Shown piece after piece: positions 26,658 to 35,509 of a DNA stretch of 64,000 nt (positions within the stretch are counted from its first letter, which is position 1; each line of letters opens with the position of its first letter). The notes below the pieces were generated by a model that was given only the letters and a program-made list of their open reading frames with translations, did no database searches and was not told where the DNA came from. The DNA comes from Dehalococcoidia bacterium (GTDB lineage: Bacteria; Chloroflexota; Dehalococcoidia; Lucifugimonadales; UBA3495), in the NCBI GenBank assembly GCA_022827095.1, contig JAJDTP010000021.1, forward strand, positions 258,771 to 322,770, written 5' to 3'. A program made the position numbers and the translations under genes.

Positions 26658-27788
26658 ATGAGCGACCAAGCCACAGACGTAGTCATCATCGGCGGAGGAG
26701 CGGCCGGCTGCGCCGCTGCCTTCTACCTGGCGGCCAACGGAGTGAAAGCCACCATCATCGAAAGGGAAGGCGTCGCCAGCCACGCCTCAGGGTACAACGC
26801 CGGCGGGCTCAATCCGCTGGAAGGACACGGCTGGCCCGATCCGTTGCAACCGATGGCCCTGCAATCGTTTGCGCTGCACAAGGAACTGTGGGGCTCGCTA
26901 CCGGCCGAGACGGGCATCGAGTACCACGGCCGGATCATGTCGATACTGAAAGTGGCGTTGGACCCGGAGGAACTGGATGATCTTCGGTCCACTCTGGAAA
27001 CTTTCAACAGCGCGCCGGAACCAGGGTTCTCCGCGGAATGGTTGGAGCGTGAAGACGTGTTGGCGCTGGAACCGCGGATCACTCCGGAGGTAATCGCCGG
27101 GATTCGGGCGGTGGGCAACGGCGCACTGGACGGGCTGGAGTTCACACAGGCGCTGGCTGCGGCCGCCGAGAAACTCGGCGCGGCTGTGATTTCGGGCAGC
27201 GCGATAGGGTTCCGGTTGGGCAACGGGAAGGTCGAGTCGGTGGTGACCAACGACGGCGAAATCGCCTGCGGGGCGGTGTTGATCGCGTCCGGCCCCTGGT
27301 GCCGGACGGCCGAGCAATGGTTGGACATCGCGATACCGGTGGATCCGCTGAAGGGGCAGATCATCCGTCTGCGCCCGGATGGGCCAGGATTGGACTACGA
27401 GCTAATCGGCGGCGGCAGCTCGATGTACGCAAAACCCGACGGGCTGATATGGTGCGGGGCCACCGAAGAAGAGGTGGGTTTCGACCTGTCGCTGACCGAT
27501 GAGGCGCGAGACGACATCATGCGGAGGGCAACGCGATTGATGCCGGCGCTGAGCAGAGCGGAGCAGGTTTTGCACACCGCGTGCCTGCGGCCGGTCACGC
27601 CGGACTGGCTGCCCATCGTGGGGCAGGCCCCAGGTTGGGATAACGTGTACATCTGCACCGGCGGCCAGAAGAAGGGCATCCTGTTGGGGCCGGCGATGGG
27701 CAAGGGGATTGCGGAGATCATGGCATCGGGCAGCACTGAGATCAGCCTGGAAGGGTGCGACCCCGCCCGGTTTGTCCCAAAGCCATAA
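26658..27788 (+). CDS. FAD-dependent oxidoreductase (DAO family; glycine/D-amino-acid/sarcosine oxidase-like)
   Basis: DVVIIGGGAAGCAAAFYLA dinucleotide fold. 376 aa. Confidence 0.85.
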   Translation: MSDQATDVVIIGGGAAGCAAAFYLAANGVKATIIEREGVASHASGYNAGGLNPLEGHGWPDPLQPMALQSFALHKELWGSLPAETGIEYHGRIMSILKVALDPEELDDLRSTLETFNSAPEPGFSAEWLEREDVLALEPRITPEVIAGIRAVGNGALDGLEFTQALAAAAEKLGAAVISGSAIGFRLGNGKVESVVTNDGEIACGAVLIASGPWCRTAEQWLDIAIPVDPLKGQIIRLRPDGPGLDYELIGGGSSMYAKPDGLIWCGATEEEVGFDLSLTDEARDDIMRRATRLMPALSRAEQVLHTACLRPVTPDWLPIVGQAPGWDNVYICTGGQKKGILLGPAMGKGIAEIMASGSTEISLEGCDPARFVPKP

Positions 27789-27812
27789 TTGCCCCAGGTT
27801 ACGTGCCGCGTC

Positions 27813-28322
27813 ATGCGACGGCCAGACGATGAACTCCGCAACTGGGAAGATCGCACCGGCATACTCAATATACCCACCAGGCTGATCCGGTGGTTTTCCG
27901 GTATCTTCACCGGGGTTTGGCTTATACTGATCGCCATAAGCAGTTACAACAGCGTCAGCACTCACAGCGGGGAAAGTTGGGACGCTCAGGTCGTTGGAAT
28001 CATCGCCGCCGGCGCTTCCAATATCGGTATGGCCCTTCCCGCCGCCTACGTCCTCACGGAGGTCATTGACATGGTATTTGGGACATGGTACCGGCAGCGG
28101 ACACGTCAACGGGCACAAGAGGAAGGGATGCGGGAAGGGTTGGAGAAAGGGATCCAAGAAGGCTTGGAGAAGGGGATTCACGAAGGCCGGCAGGAAGGCC
28201 GGCAGGAACAGCAGGAGCGCTGGCTGCAGTGGCTTGAAAGGCGGCAGCGGGCGGAAGAGAGCGGCCTGCCTTTTGACGAGCCGCCACCAAGTCTGAACGG
28301 AGAACAACCAACTGAGGAGTAG
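27813..28322 (+). CDS. hypothetical membrane protein with a Glu/Gly/Gln-rich repeat tail
   Basis: Two TM segments (FSGIFTGVWLILIAI and VVGIIAAGASNIGMALPAAYVL), then EEGMREGLEKGIQEGLEKGIHEGRQEGRQEQQ. Start uncertain (TTG 27789 or ATG 27813). Confidence 0.55.
   Translation: MRRPDDELRNWEDRTGILNIPTRLIRWFSGIFTGVWLILIAISSYNSVSTHSGESWDAQVVGIIAAGASNIGMALPAAYVLTEVIDMVFGTWYRQRTRQRAQEEGMREGLEKGIQEGLEKGIHEGRQEGRQEQQERWLQWLERRQRAEESGLPFDEPPPSLNGEQPTEE
28134..28205. repeat. in-frame tandem repeats (2 x 24 bp, then 2 x 12 bp)
   Basis: gaagggttggagaaagggatccaa / gaaggcttggagaaggggattcac / gaaggccggcag / gaaggccggcag. Confidence 0.85.
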
Positions 28323-28326
28323 ATCG

Positions 28327-30609
28327 ATGACTACGAACGGCACTTCAGGCGCGTTGCGAGACATACACGTGGTGGAATTCGGGCAGTACGTGCCCGGCCC
28401 GATGCTGGGGATGTTGCTGGCCGACCAGGGCGCGCACGTTATCAAGGTCGAGCGACCGGGCGGCGATCCGGCGCGTACTGAACCAGCCTTTGCCACGTGG
28501 AACCGGGGCAAACGATCGGTGACGCTGGACCTGAAGACGGACTCCGGTAGAGAGAACGCGCGCCGGCTGGTCGCCAACGCGGACGTGGTCATTGAGAATT
28601 TCCGCCCGGGAGTGGCTGACCGGCTGGGGATCGGTTACGAGGAGCTATCGGCGAACCACGAGCGGTTGATCTACTGCTCGCTCCCCGGTTATGGCGAGGA
28701 ACACCCGAGCCGCAACGAGCCGGGCTGGGACCCGGTGATCAGCGCAGAGACGGGCTTCTATCCGGAAACCTCGGAAAGCGCCGGCGAGCCGCTGTTCACC
28801 CCTCTGCCCATTGCCAGCACGTTTTCGGCGCTGCTCGGTTCGGTTTCCGTGGCCATGGCGATCAACGCGCGGGACAAGTCGGGCAAGGGACAACGCATAG
28901 AGGTGCCGCTGCACTCGGCGATGTTCACCGCGATGGGCAGCCGGATCATCAAGTTCAATAATTACGAGTATGTGGACCTGTTCGACTTTCCACGCACGGT
29001 AATGTCGCACCCTTATCAGTGCGCCGACGGCCGATGGGTGTACCACCACGGAATGTTCGAGCGTTTCGCCCGGCAGACGCTGACGGCGGCCGGCAAGACG
29101 GAGTGGATCGAGGAAGCGACGTCGCTGTTCGGTCGGCCGGTGGACGCGGACACGCTGGCGTTCTGGCAGGACCGCTTCGCGGAGATGTTCAAGGAGCGCA
29201 CGGCATGGCAGTGGGAGTCGGACATCAACGCGCAGGGCGGGGCCTGCACGGTCTGCAAGACCGTGGACGAGTGGCTGGTGCACGAGCACGCGGTGGACGC
29301 AAAGATGGTGGCCGAAGTCGAGGATGCCGAGCACGGCACGATGAAGCAGCCGGGCGTGCAGGTACGGTTGCGGGGAACGCCGGGCGCGATCCAGGGCCGG
29401 GCGCCCAAGCTGGGCGAGCACACTGACGAGGTTCTTCGCGAGTTGGAGAGCGCGCCGGCAAGGGCCGCGGCCAGCAACGGTCACGCCGACGTTATGTCCG
29501 CTTTGCAAGGCGTGCGGGTGCTGGACCTTTGCATCATCCTGGCGGGGCCGACCTGCGGGCGAACGCTGGGTGAGTTCGGGGCGGACGTGATCAAGATCGA
29601 CGACCCGACGCGGATCCTGGATCCCATCGGCTACATCGACGTCAATCGGGGCAAGCGCAGCATCATGCTGAACCTGAAAACCGACGAGGGCCGAGAGGTT
29701 TTCTGGAAGTTGGTCGAGTCGGCCGACGTGATCGTGGAGAACAATCGCAAGTCGGCGGTGGAGCGACTGGGCCTGGGCTACGAGGAAGTCAAGAAGGTCA
29801 AGCCCGACATCGTTTACGCGTCGCTGAACGCCTTCGGGTACGACGGGCCGTGGTCGGAGCGGGCCGGCTGGGAGCAGTTGGCGCAGGGCACCAGCGGGAT
29901 GCAGGTGCGGCGCGGCGGTCGGGACGGCAAGCCCATGCTGGCTCCCTACGCGGTGAACGACTACGGCACGGGCCTGATGGGCGCGTACGCCGTGGCGCTG
30001 GCGTTGCACGAGCGGAACCGCACGGGCAAAGGCCAGTCGGTGGACAGCGGGCTGGCCTTGACGGCGGGGATTTTGCAGTCGCCGTACTTCCTGGACTATG
30101 CCGGGTACCAGCGCGAGGACATCGAGGGAACGGACGCGCGGGGCTACTCGGCGGGTTCGCGGCTGTACGAGGCGTCGGATGGCTGGCTGTATATCCATTG
30201 CCCGGATGCCGGCGCCTACGGGTCGCTGCTGTCCGCGCTCAACTTCCGAGACATCCACCACGACAGCGACGCGATTGCCGACGTCATCCGGGGCAACACC
30301 ATCGAACACTGGATGCAGGCGCTGCGTCCCCTGGGCGTGTCGGTTAGCCCCAACCTGACGATGGAGGACTACCGCCATGATCCGGTGGTGCGCGACGCTG
30401 GGTTCGTAGTTACCCGGGAACATACGGTGTGGGGCAGCGTGGACCACTCCGGCACAACGGCTCGGTTGTCGGCGACACCGCCGAGATTGGGTCCGCCGGC
30501 TCCGTGGTTCGGCATGCACACGGATGAGATCCTGGCGGAAGCGGGATACTCCGCAGCCGAGATCGAGGCGCTGAAGGCGTCGGGAGCGGCCGTGACGCGG
30601 AGCCCGTAA
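28327..30609 (+). CDS. tandem-fused family III CoA-transferase (two CaiB/BaiF-like modules in one polypeptide)
   Basis: 760 aa. Module 1: LRDIHVVEFGQYVPGPMLGMLLADQGAHVIKVERPGGDPAR...GWDPVISAETG. Module 2: LQGVRVLDLCIILAGPTCGRTLGEFGADVIKIDDP...GWEQLAQGTSG. GAGGAG Shine-Dalgarno. Confidence 0.85.
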   Translation: MTTNGTSGALRDIHVVEFGQYVPGPMLGMLLADQGAHVIKVERPGGDPARTEPAFATWNRGKRSVTLDLKTDSGRENARRLVANADVVIENFRPGVADRLGIGYEELSANHERLIYCSLPGYGEEHPSRNEPGWDPVISAETGFYPETSESAGEPLFTPLPIASTFSALLGSVSVAMAINARDKSGKGQRIEVPLHSAMFTAMGSRIIKFNNYEYVDLFDFPRTVMSHPYQCADGRWVYHHGMFERFARQTLTAAGKTEWIEEATSLFGRPVDADTLAFWQDRFAEMFKERTAWQWESDINAQGGACTVCKTVDEWLVHEHAVDAKMVAEVEDAEHGTMKQPGVQVRLRGTPGAIQGRAPKLGEHTDEVLRELESAPARAAASNGHADVMSALQGVRVLDLCIILAGPTCGRTLGEFGADVIKIDDPTRILDPIGYIDVNRGKRSIMLNLKTDEGREVFWKLVESADVIVENNRKSAVERLGLGYEEVKKVKPDIVYASLNAFGYDGPWSERAGWEQLAQGTSGMQVRRGGRDGKPMLAPYAVNDYGTGLMGAYAVALALHERNRTGKGQSVDSGLALTAGILQSPYFLDYAGYQREDIEGTDARGYSAGSRLYEASDGWLYIHCPDAGAYGSLLSALNFRDIHHDSDAIADVIRGNTIEHWMQALRPLGVSVSPNLTMEDYRHDPVVRDAGFVVTREHTVWGSVDHSGTTARLSATPPRLGPPAPWFGMHTDEILAEAGYSAAEIEALKASGAAVTRSP

Positions 30610-30637
30610 AAGGCTCGTACACACGCTGAAAGACGGC

Positions 30638-30662
30638 AGGGGTGAATGACATTCACCCCTGC
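30638..30662 (+). terminator. hairpin after the CoA-transferase gene (no clear T-tract)
   Basis: CAGGGGTGAATGACATTCACCCCTG. Almost the same palindrome as at 10180-10203. Confidence 0.35.
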
Positions 30663-30689
30663 TCACATTGGCCACAGGATAGTCCCGGT

Positions 30690-31256
30690 ATGCCGTTCAC
30701 ACCGTTTCACATGGGGCCGGCGCTGGCCGCAAAGGCCGTTCTGGGTCGGCACTTCAGCTTACCGATTTACGGATTCACCCAGGTCGCGATAGACAGCGAG
30801 GTGCTTGCAGGGTATCCGTTTCGCAGAGACTTGTCGTTCCATAGGGTAATGCACACGTTTGCGGGCGCGACCGCAGCGGCCGCGCTCACACTGCTTTTGC
30901 GTCCGGCGATAGCGCGGGGAATGAATCTGTGGAACCGGTCGACCAAGGCCACACCCGGCAGTCCATGGCACATGGAGCCGCAAGTGTCGCCATTGGCGGC
31001 GGTCTTATCGGCCTTCGGTGGAGCTTGGGGTCACGTGCTGCTGGATGCGCCTACGCACTCGCACATGGAACCATTGGTCCCGATCGCCAGGGGAAACCCA
31101 TTGAACGGAATGGCATCGCAACGGGAGATAATCGGCTGGTGCGTTGGGTTGGCGGTAGTTGAGGGCAGTGCGATGCTGGCGCGTTCGTATCTCAAGGGTT
31201 CGCGGACGGCTGGCAAAGGGCCGCACTGTCGTGGTGCAGCGCGATCATCGCGGTGA
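30690..31256 (+). CDS. DUF4184-like putative membrane metal-dependent hydrolase
   Basis: MPFTPFHMGPALAAK... N-terminus, His-rich motifs (FHRVMHTF and HVLLDAPTHSH), hydrophobic segments. Confidence 0.55.
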   Translation: MPFTPFHMGPALAAKAVLGRHFSLPIYGFTQVAIDSEVLAGYPFRRDLSFHRVMHTFAGATAAAALTLLLRPAIARGMNLWNRSTKATPGSPWHMEPQVSPLAAVLSAFGGAWGHVLLDAPTHSHMEPLVPIARGNPLNGMASQREIIGWCVGLAVVEGSAMLARSYLKGSRTAGKGPHCRGAARSSR

Positions 31257-31278
31257 GGGGAGCGAAGTGCAAACGACA

Positions 31279-32955
31279 ATGGCCACCGAAAAAGAGCAGG
31301 AGACTTTCAGCCTCGTCATAGACCGTCACCGCAGCGGTGACACGGAGAACGACATCCGGTTAGCCTTCATCCGATTCATGGAAACGGCGGGCATCGCTGA
31401 CCCGGCGGACATGGCGACCGAGGGACCGCCGGGAATCGGCAACCCGGGCCGGATGGACCTGTACGTACACAACACGTGCATCGAGTTCAAAACCGACATC
31501 CTGCGCAACGGCGCGCCGAACGCGGACGACGTTGACCAGTTGGACAGGTACATCGAAAACCTGCTCAAGGCCGGCAGCGGGGTGCGAAACGGCATCCTCA
31601 CCGACGGCGTCCACTACTTCCTGCGACGGGTGGGCGAGGAGAAACTGCCGCTGCAACGCGGGGAGACCCACCGCACCTTTGACCGGCCGGAACAGGCGCC
31701 CCGGCTGCGGGAGTACCTGCACGGCATCATCTCGGCGCCGGCCGAAAACGTCAGCCCTACGGCGGAGAACCTGCAACGCTACTTCGGCAGCGACTCCGAC
31801 GCATTTCGCGCCGGCAACCTGCTGTTGCAGGAAGCCTACGCGGCCCATCGCGACGACCCAACGGTGGCGGTGAAACGCCGGCTCTGGCAGGACCTGCTCC
31901 AGGTGGCCCTGGGCAAGGACGCCGCCACGGCCGGCGACGAAAGCGACTGGCTGTTCATCCGGCACACTTACATCACCAGCCTGGTCGCCCTCATCATGCA
32001 GCAGCAACTGCTGGGCGACGTGGCCCGCCACGCCGCCGAAAGGCCGGACGCTCTGCTGAAAGGTCGTATCCTAGCCGAACAGTCCGACCTGCACGGCGTC
32101 ATCGACGCCGACCTGTTCACCTGGCCCACGGAGGCGGGAGAAAGCGCGTACCTGCGGGAAATCGCCCGCGTCGTCGAGCAATTCGACTGGACGCAGAGCC
32201 CTCGTGAAGTGGCGCCCACCCTTTACCAGAACGTGATCACGCCGGATGAACGCAAGCGGCTGGGCGAATACTACACTCCGCGCTGGCTGGCCCAGGAAAT
32301 CACCGCAGCCGTGGTCGACGACCCGCTGAACCAGCGGACGCTGGACCCGTCCTGCGGAAGCGGCACGTTCATCGAAACTGCGATTGAGCGGATTATCAGC
32401 CACGCCGGCGAACTGTCGGCGGCGGCAACGCTGCGGAAGTTGCAGGAGAACGTGGTCGGGATCGACATTCACCCGGTAGCCGTCCAGCTGGCCAAGGCCA
32501 CCTGGGTGATGGCCGCGGCCGGGACCATCCGGGCCGCCCGGGCGGAGGGGACGGACACGGGCGCCGGCGCGGTGAGCGCGCCGATCTACCTGGGCGATTC
32601 CATGCAGCTGCGCTACGACACCGGCACGCTCACCGCCAGCCAGTCCATCGAACTGGAAACCCACGAAACCCTGCCGGGCCACGCCGGGCCGGTCACCTTC
32701 AGCATCCCCAAGGAACTGGCCCGCCAGCAGGCCGACGTTGACCGGCTCATCTCCGAAATGGCCGCCGCCATCGACGAGGGACGCGACGCGGAGCAGGTCG
32801 CCGACGGCTACCCGATGTCCGACGAGTTGCCGCCGGAGCATGAAGGCCGTCGCCGCCACGATGCGGGAACTGCACGCTGCCGGCCGCAACCACGTGTGGG
32901 CCTACTACATCCGCAACATGATCCGCCCGGCGGTGATTGCCGAGGAGAAGGTTGA
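31279..32955 (+). CDS. Type IIG/IIL (MmeI-like) restriction-modification protein, N-terminal fragment (nuclease-like domain plus MTase motifs X and I); frameshifted
   Basis: GRMDLYVHNTCIEFK (D-X8-E-X-K), GEYYTPRWL, and DPSCGSGTF (SAM motif I at about 32344-32370). The frame decays into Arg/Pro/Gly-rich junk after about 32835. Confidence 0.7.
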   Translation: MATEKEQETFSLVIDRHRSGDTENDIRLAFIRFMETAGIADPADMATEGPPGIGNPGRMDLYVHNTCIEFKTDILRNGAPNADDVDQLDRYIENLLKAGSGVRNGILTDGVHYFLRRVGEEKLPLQRGETHRTFDRPEQAPRLREYLHGIISAPAENVSPTAENLQRYFGSDSDAFRAGNLLLQEAYAAHRDDPTVAVKRRLWQDLLQVALGKDAATAGDESDWLFIRHTYITSLVALIMQQQLLGDVARHAAERPDALLKGRILAEQSDLHGVIDADLFTWPTEAGESAYLREIARVVEQFDWTQSPREVAPTLYQNVITPDERKRLGEYYTPRWLAQEITAAVVDDPLNQRTLDPSCGSGTFIETAIERIISHAGELSAAATLRKLQENVVGIDIHPVAVQLAKATWVMAAAGTIRAARAEGTDTGAGAVSAPIYLGDSMQLRYDTGTLTASQSIELETHETLPGHAGPVTFSIPKELARQQADVDRLISEMAAAIDEGRDAEQVADGYPMSDELPPEHEGRRRHDAGTARCRPQPRVGLLHPQHDPPGGDCRGEG

Positions 32956-34468
32956 CCGCATCATCGGCAACCCGCCCTGGCTGACCTACGGCCAGAGCGC
33001 GGACATCATCCGCGAGGAACTGCGCGGCATGAGCGAGCAACGCTACCAGATCTGGGCCGGCGGCAAACTGGCGCCGCACCAGGACATCGCCACGCTGTTC
33101 TACACCCGCTGCGCCGAGCTTTACGCCAAAGACGGGGCCGTCATCGGCATGGTGCTGCCCCACAGCGCCCTGCGTTCCGGACAGCACCTGAAATGGCGCG
33201 GCGGAACCTACCGGCGCAAGGGTGGGCGCAACGCTCCCAGCATCGGGTTGCGTTTTCGGGTTCAAGAACCGTGGGACTTGGACAACGTAGCACCCGATCT
33301 CTTCCCTGACGCCCTAATGCCGGCCAGCGTCGTTTTCGCCCAGTACGCCGGCGCGGCGCAGGGCAACGCGCTGGCGCCAGCGACCGTTCAGGTATGGCGC
33401 GGCAACTGGCAGGACGACTATGCCGGCATCAGCCGGAAGAGCGAAGCGCTCCACCACGACGACGGCAAGTACAAGTCGCCCTACGCTGAACTTTCAAGCC
33501 AAGGGCCGACCATCTTTGACCGCCGGCTGTTTTTCGTCGAAACGCTGCCGCACACGGTGATGCTCCCGGCGGCCAACACCGCCAACGTCAAGGCGCGTCA
33601 GGGCGGTCAGGACCGAATCAAATACGACGGCCAATTGCATCGGCTGGACGGCGTGGTCCACAACGACCACCTGTTTGACGTGTACCTGGGCGAGTGCGTC
33701 GTGCCTTACGTCGCGCTGGCCCCGTTGCAAGCCGTCCTGCCCGTACATCGTCCTTCGATGACCATTCCCTTGCTTCCCGACGGCGGCGGGCTCGACGTAG
33801 AAAGGTTGCATCCCACGATGCAACGACGCTGGAACAACGCTGCCGCAATGTTCAGGGAAGCGCACCAAGGGCGCGGGATTACGGAACTATTTGATAACCT
33901 GAATCACCTCAGCAAACTCACCAGCCAGATCGATTATCTGCACGGCGCAATTGCCGACAACGCAACGACGCGCATCGCCTATGCTACTAACGGCGAACCG
34001 ACCGCTGCACTCATAAATGACAACCATGCCGTAGCGGAAAGTAATTTGTACCAGACGATATGCCAATCGAAAGATGAAGCGTATTACGTGCTTGCCATCA
34101 TCAACAGCAGTGAATTGGCATCGCGAGCCAAACCTTTTTGCCCGACCAACTGGGCCAAAGAAATCAGACACTTTCACAAGCACGGCTGGAAGTTACCCAT
34201 TCCGCGCTACGATGCCGGCGAGCCGCTGCACGTCAGGCTGAGCGAGTTGGGAGCGTTGGCGGCGTCGGAGTGCGCGGCGCTGATTGAGGGCAGCGGGATA
34301 TTGGATCGGCCGGCCGGTGACGCGCAATCCCGCGCAGCCCGCCGCCTGCTGCGCCACGAGTGGCAGCCGGAGAGCGAGACGGCGCGAGCGATAGAGCAGG
34401 CTGTAGCGCGGCTGCTGAGCGACCCGGAGCAGGCGGCGTTGGCGGCGCGGCAGATGGGCAAGGGGTAG
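32840..34468 (+). CDS. Type IIG/IIL restriction-modification protein, C-terminal fragment (MTase motif IV onward plus TRD); +1 frame relative to the N-fragment
   Basis: IIGNPPWLTYG (motif IV at 32966-32980) and a TaqI-C-like specificity region (EAYYVLAIINSSELASR). The sensible reading begins about RRSMKAVAATMRELH. Confidence 0.7.
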   Translation: MKAVAATMRELHAAGRNHVWAYYIRNMIRPAVIAEEKVDRIIGNPPWLTYGQSADIIREELRGMSEQRYQIWAGGKLAPHQDIATLFYTRCAELYAKDGAVIGMVLPHSALRSGQHLKWRGGTYRRKGGRNAPSIGLRFRVQEPWDLDNVAPDLFPDALMPASVVFAQYAGAAQGNALAPATVQVWRGNWQDDYAGISRKSEALHHDDGKYKSPYAELSSQGPTIFDRRLFFVETLPHTVMLPAANTANVKARQGGQDRIKYDGQLHRLDGVVHNDHLFDVYLGECVVPYVALAPLQAVLPVHRPSMTIPLLPDGGGLDVERLHPTMQRRWNNAAAMFREAHQGRGITELFDNLNHLSKLTSQIDYLHGAIADNATTRIAYATNGEPTAALINDNHAVAESNLYQTICQSKDEAYYVLAIINSSELASRAKPFCPTNWAKEIRHFHKHGWKLPIPRYDAGEPLHVRLSELGALAASECAALIEGSGILDRPAGDAQSRAARRLLRHEWQPESETARAIEQAVARLLSDPEQAALAARQMGKG

Positions 34469-34572
34469 AGCAAAAATTTCTATTGACGCCTCACCACTTG
34501 CTAACCACATTGTATGCATGCGCAGAACACGACTAGCGGCCGTATCAGTTCCCAGCATTGGAGGCAACTTCT

Positions 34573-35298
34573 ATGACAAGTCGCAGAAATCGAAAACCAT
34601 ATCAAAAGAAGGAAGTTTCTGAGAAATCTCTTGAGCTGAACGTTTGCGCGGAGATCCTTCGGGTAATCCGATGTTGGCCAGGTTGCCAAGGGGCTTTGTG
34701 GATTGGCTTGACTCAACAGCAAGAGCGCGAACACGGAATCGATGTGTTGATTGACAACGCTGGGGGCTATGCATTGATGTTACAGTTCAAATCACCGTGG
34801 GTATCGTCCCAAGTGGACGACCTTTACAAATTCGGCGTCAACGAGCAACAGCACGAGGCACTGGAGGGACTCGCTAGCAATCACCCGAACGCTGTGTTGT
34901 ATGTCTTTCCGTTCTACAGCACCTGGGCTAAAGCACGAGGCCATGCGCCCGATCTGTGCCAAGACACTTGGGTTCTCCCCGTGTCGTCCATCTCTACGAC
35001 CGAACTTAGGTCAGAACCTAGGTCAAAGGGTCAGCACCGCGTCGAATTGGAACGCGTCCAAAATCAGGTGAATGTAACCTTCCACTCTCCTGAGGTCACA
35101 GGATCAGCCCGAAATGCCAAGGAGTTTTTTGAAGACACAGACAGGGCAGAATCGTTTATATCGGCTCCCGATGGTGTACCGGCTGAAAGATTGTTGGAAT
35201 GGGTCAGAGAGTGGGGACTCGTGGGTGGCGATGCCCCGTCAAAATGGCCCCGTTTCAGGGGACTAAATGCCTTGTACGTTCCGGTTACACAACCATAG
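34573..35298 (+). CDS. hypothetical protein with a PD-(D/E)xK-like motif, in an AT-richer segment
   Basis: 241 aa. GGAGG lies 8 nt before ATG 34573. EREHGIDVLIDNAGGYALMLQFKS is a D...QxK-type core. No family recognised. Confidence 0.6.
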   Translation: MTSRRNRKPYQKKEVSEKSLELNVCAEILRVIRCWPGCQGALWIGLTQQQEREHGIDVLIDNAGGYALMLQFKSPWVSSQVDDLYKFGVNEQQHEALEGLASNHPNAVLYVFPFYSTWAKARGHAPDLCQDTWVLPVSSISTTELRSEPRSKGQHRVELERVQNQVNVTFHSPEVTGSARNAKEFFEDTDRAESFISAPDGVPAERLLEWVREWGLVGGDAPSKWPRFRGLNALYVPVTQP

Positions 35299-35403
35299 CA
35301 ACTACGCCGGCAATGAACCAGACGTCGCCGGCGGCGGGGAGTGAGTTGGCGGCCACGCCAACCTCACGCGCGCCCGCTTTCAACTGCGGTGTTGTCAGAA
35401 TCA

Positions 35404-35434
35404 GGATTTGCGGGATTATGGGATTGGCAGGATT
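35404..35434. repeat. four phased GGATT repeats
   Basis: GGATT at 35404, 35413, 35421 and 35430 (spacing 9, 8, 9), upstream of the retropepsin-like gene. Confidence 0.6.
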
Positions 35435-35509
35435 AGGTTGGCCGGCGCTGGCGCTGCGGCAGATGAACGGCGCATAGACCGCCAATCGGGCATATCGAGG
35501 AGCAATGCA

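Noticed and set aside
28645-30675. 676-aa minus-strand ORF antisense to the tandem CoA-transferase gene. Similar long antisense or alternative-frame ORFs occur at 27402-28592, 12516-13655, 20627-21721, 21936-22967, 4540-5703, 36163-37104, 37333-38244, 38715-39644, 46743-47933, 47927-49066, 50356-51345 and 56480-58255.
   Set aside because: Each lies opposite to, or out of frame with, a gene that has clear family motifs. Their compositions are Arg/Gly/Pro/His/Ala-rich and low in complexity, as expected for stop-poor antisense frames in high-GC DNA, and they contain no recognisable motifs.
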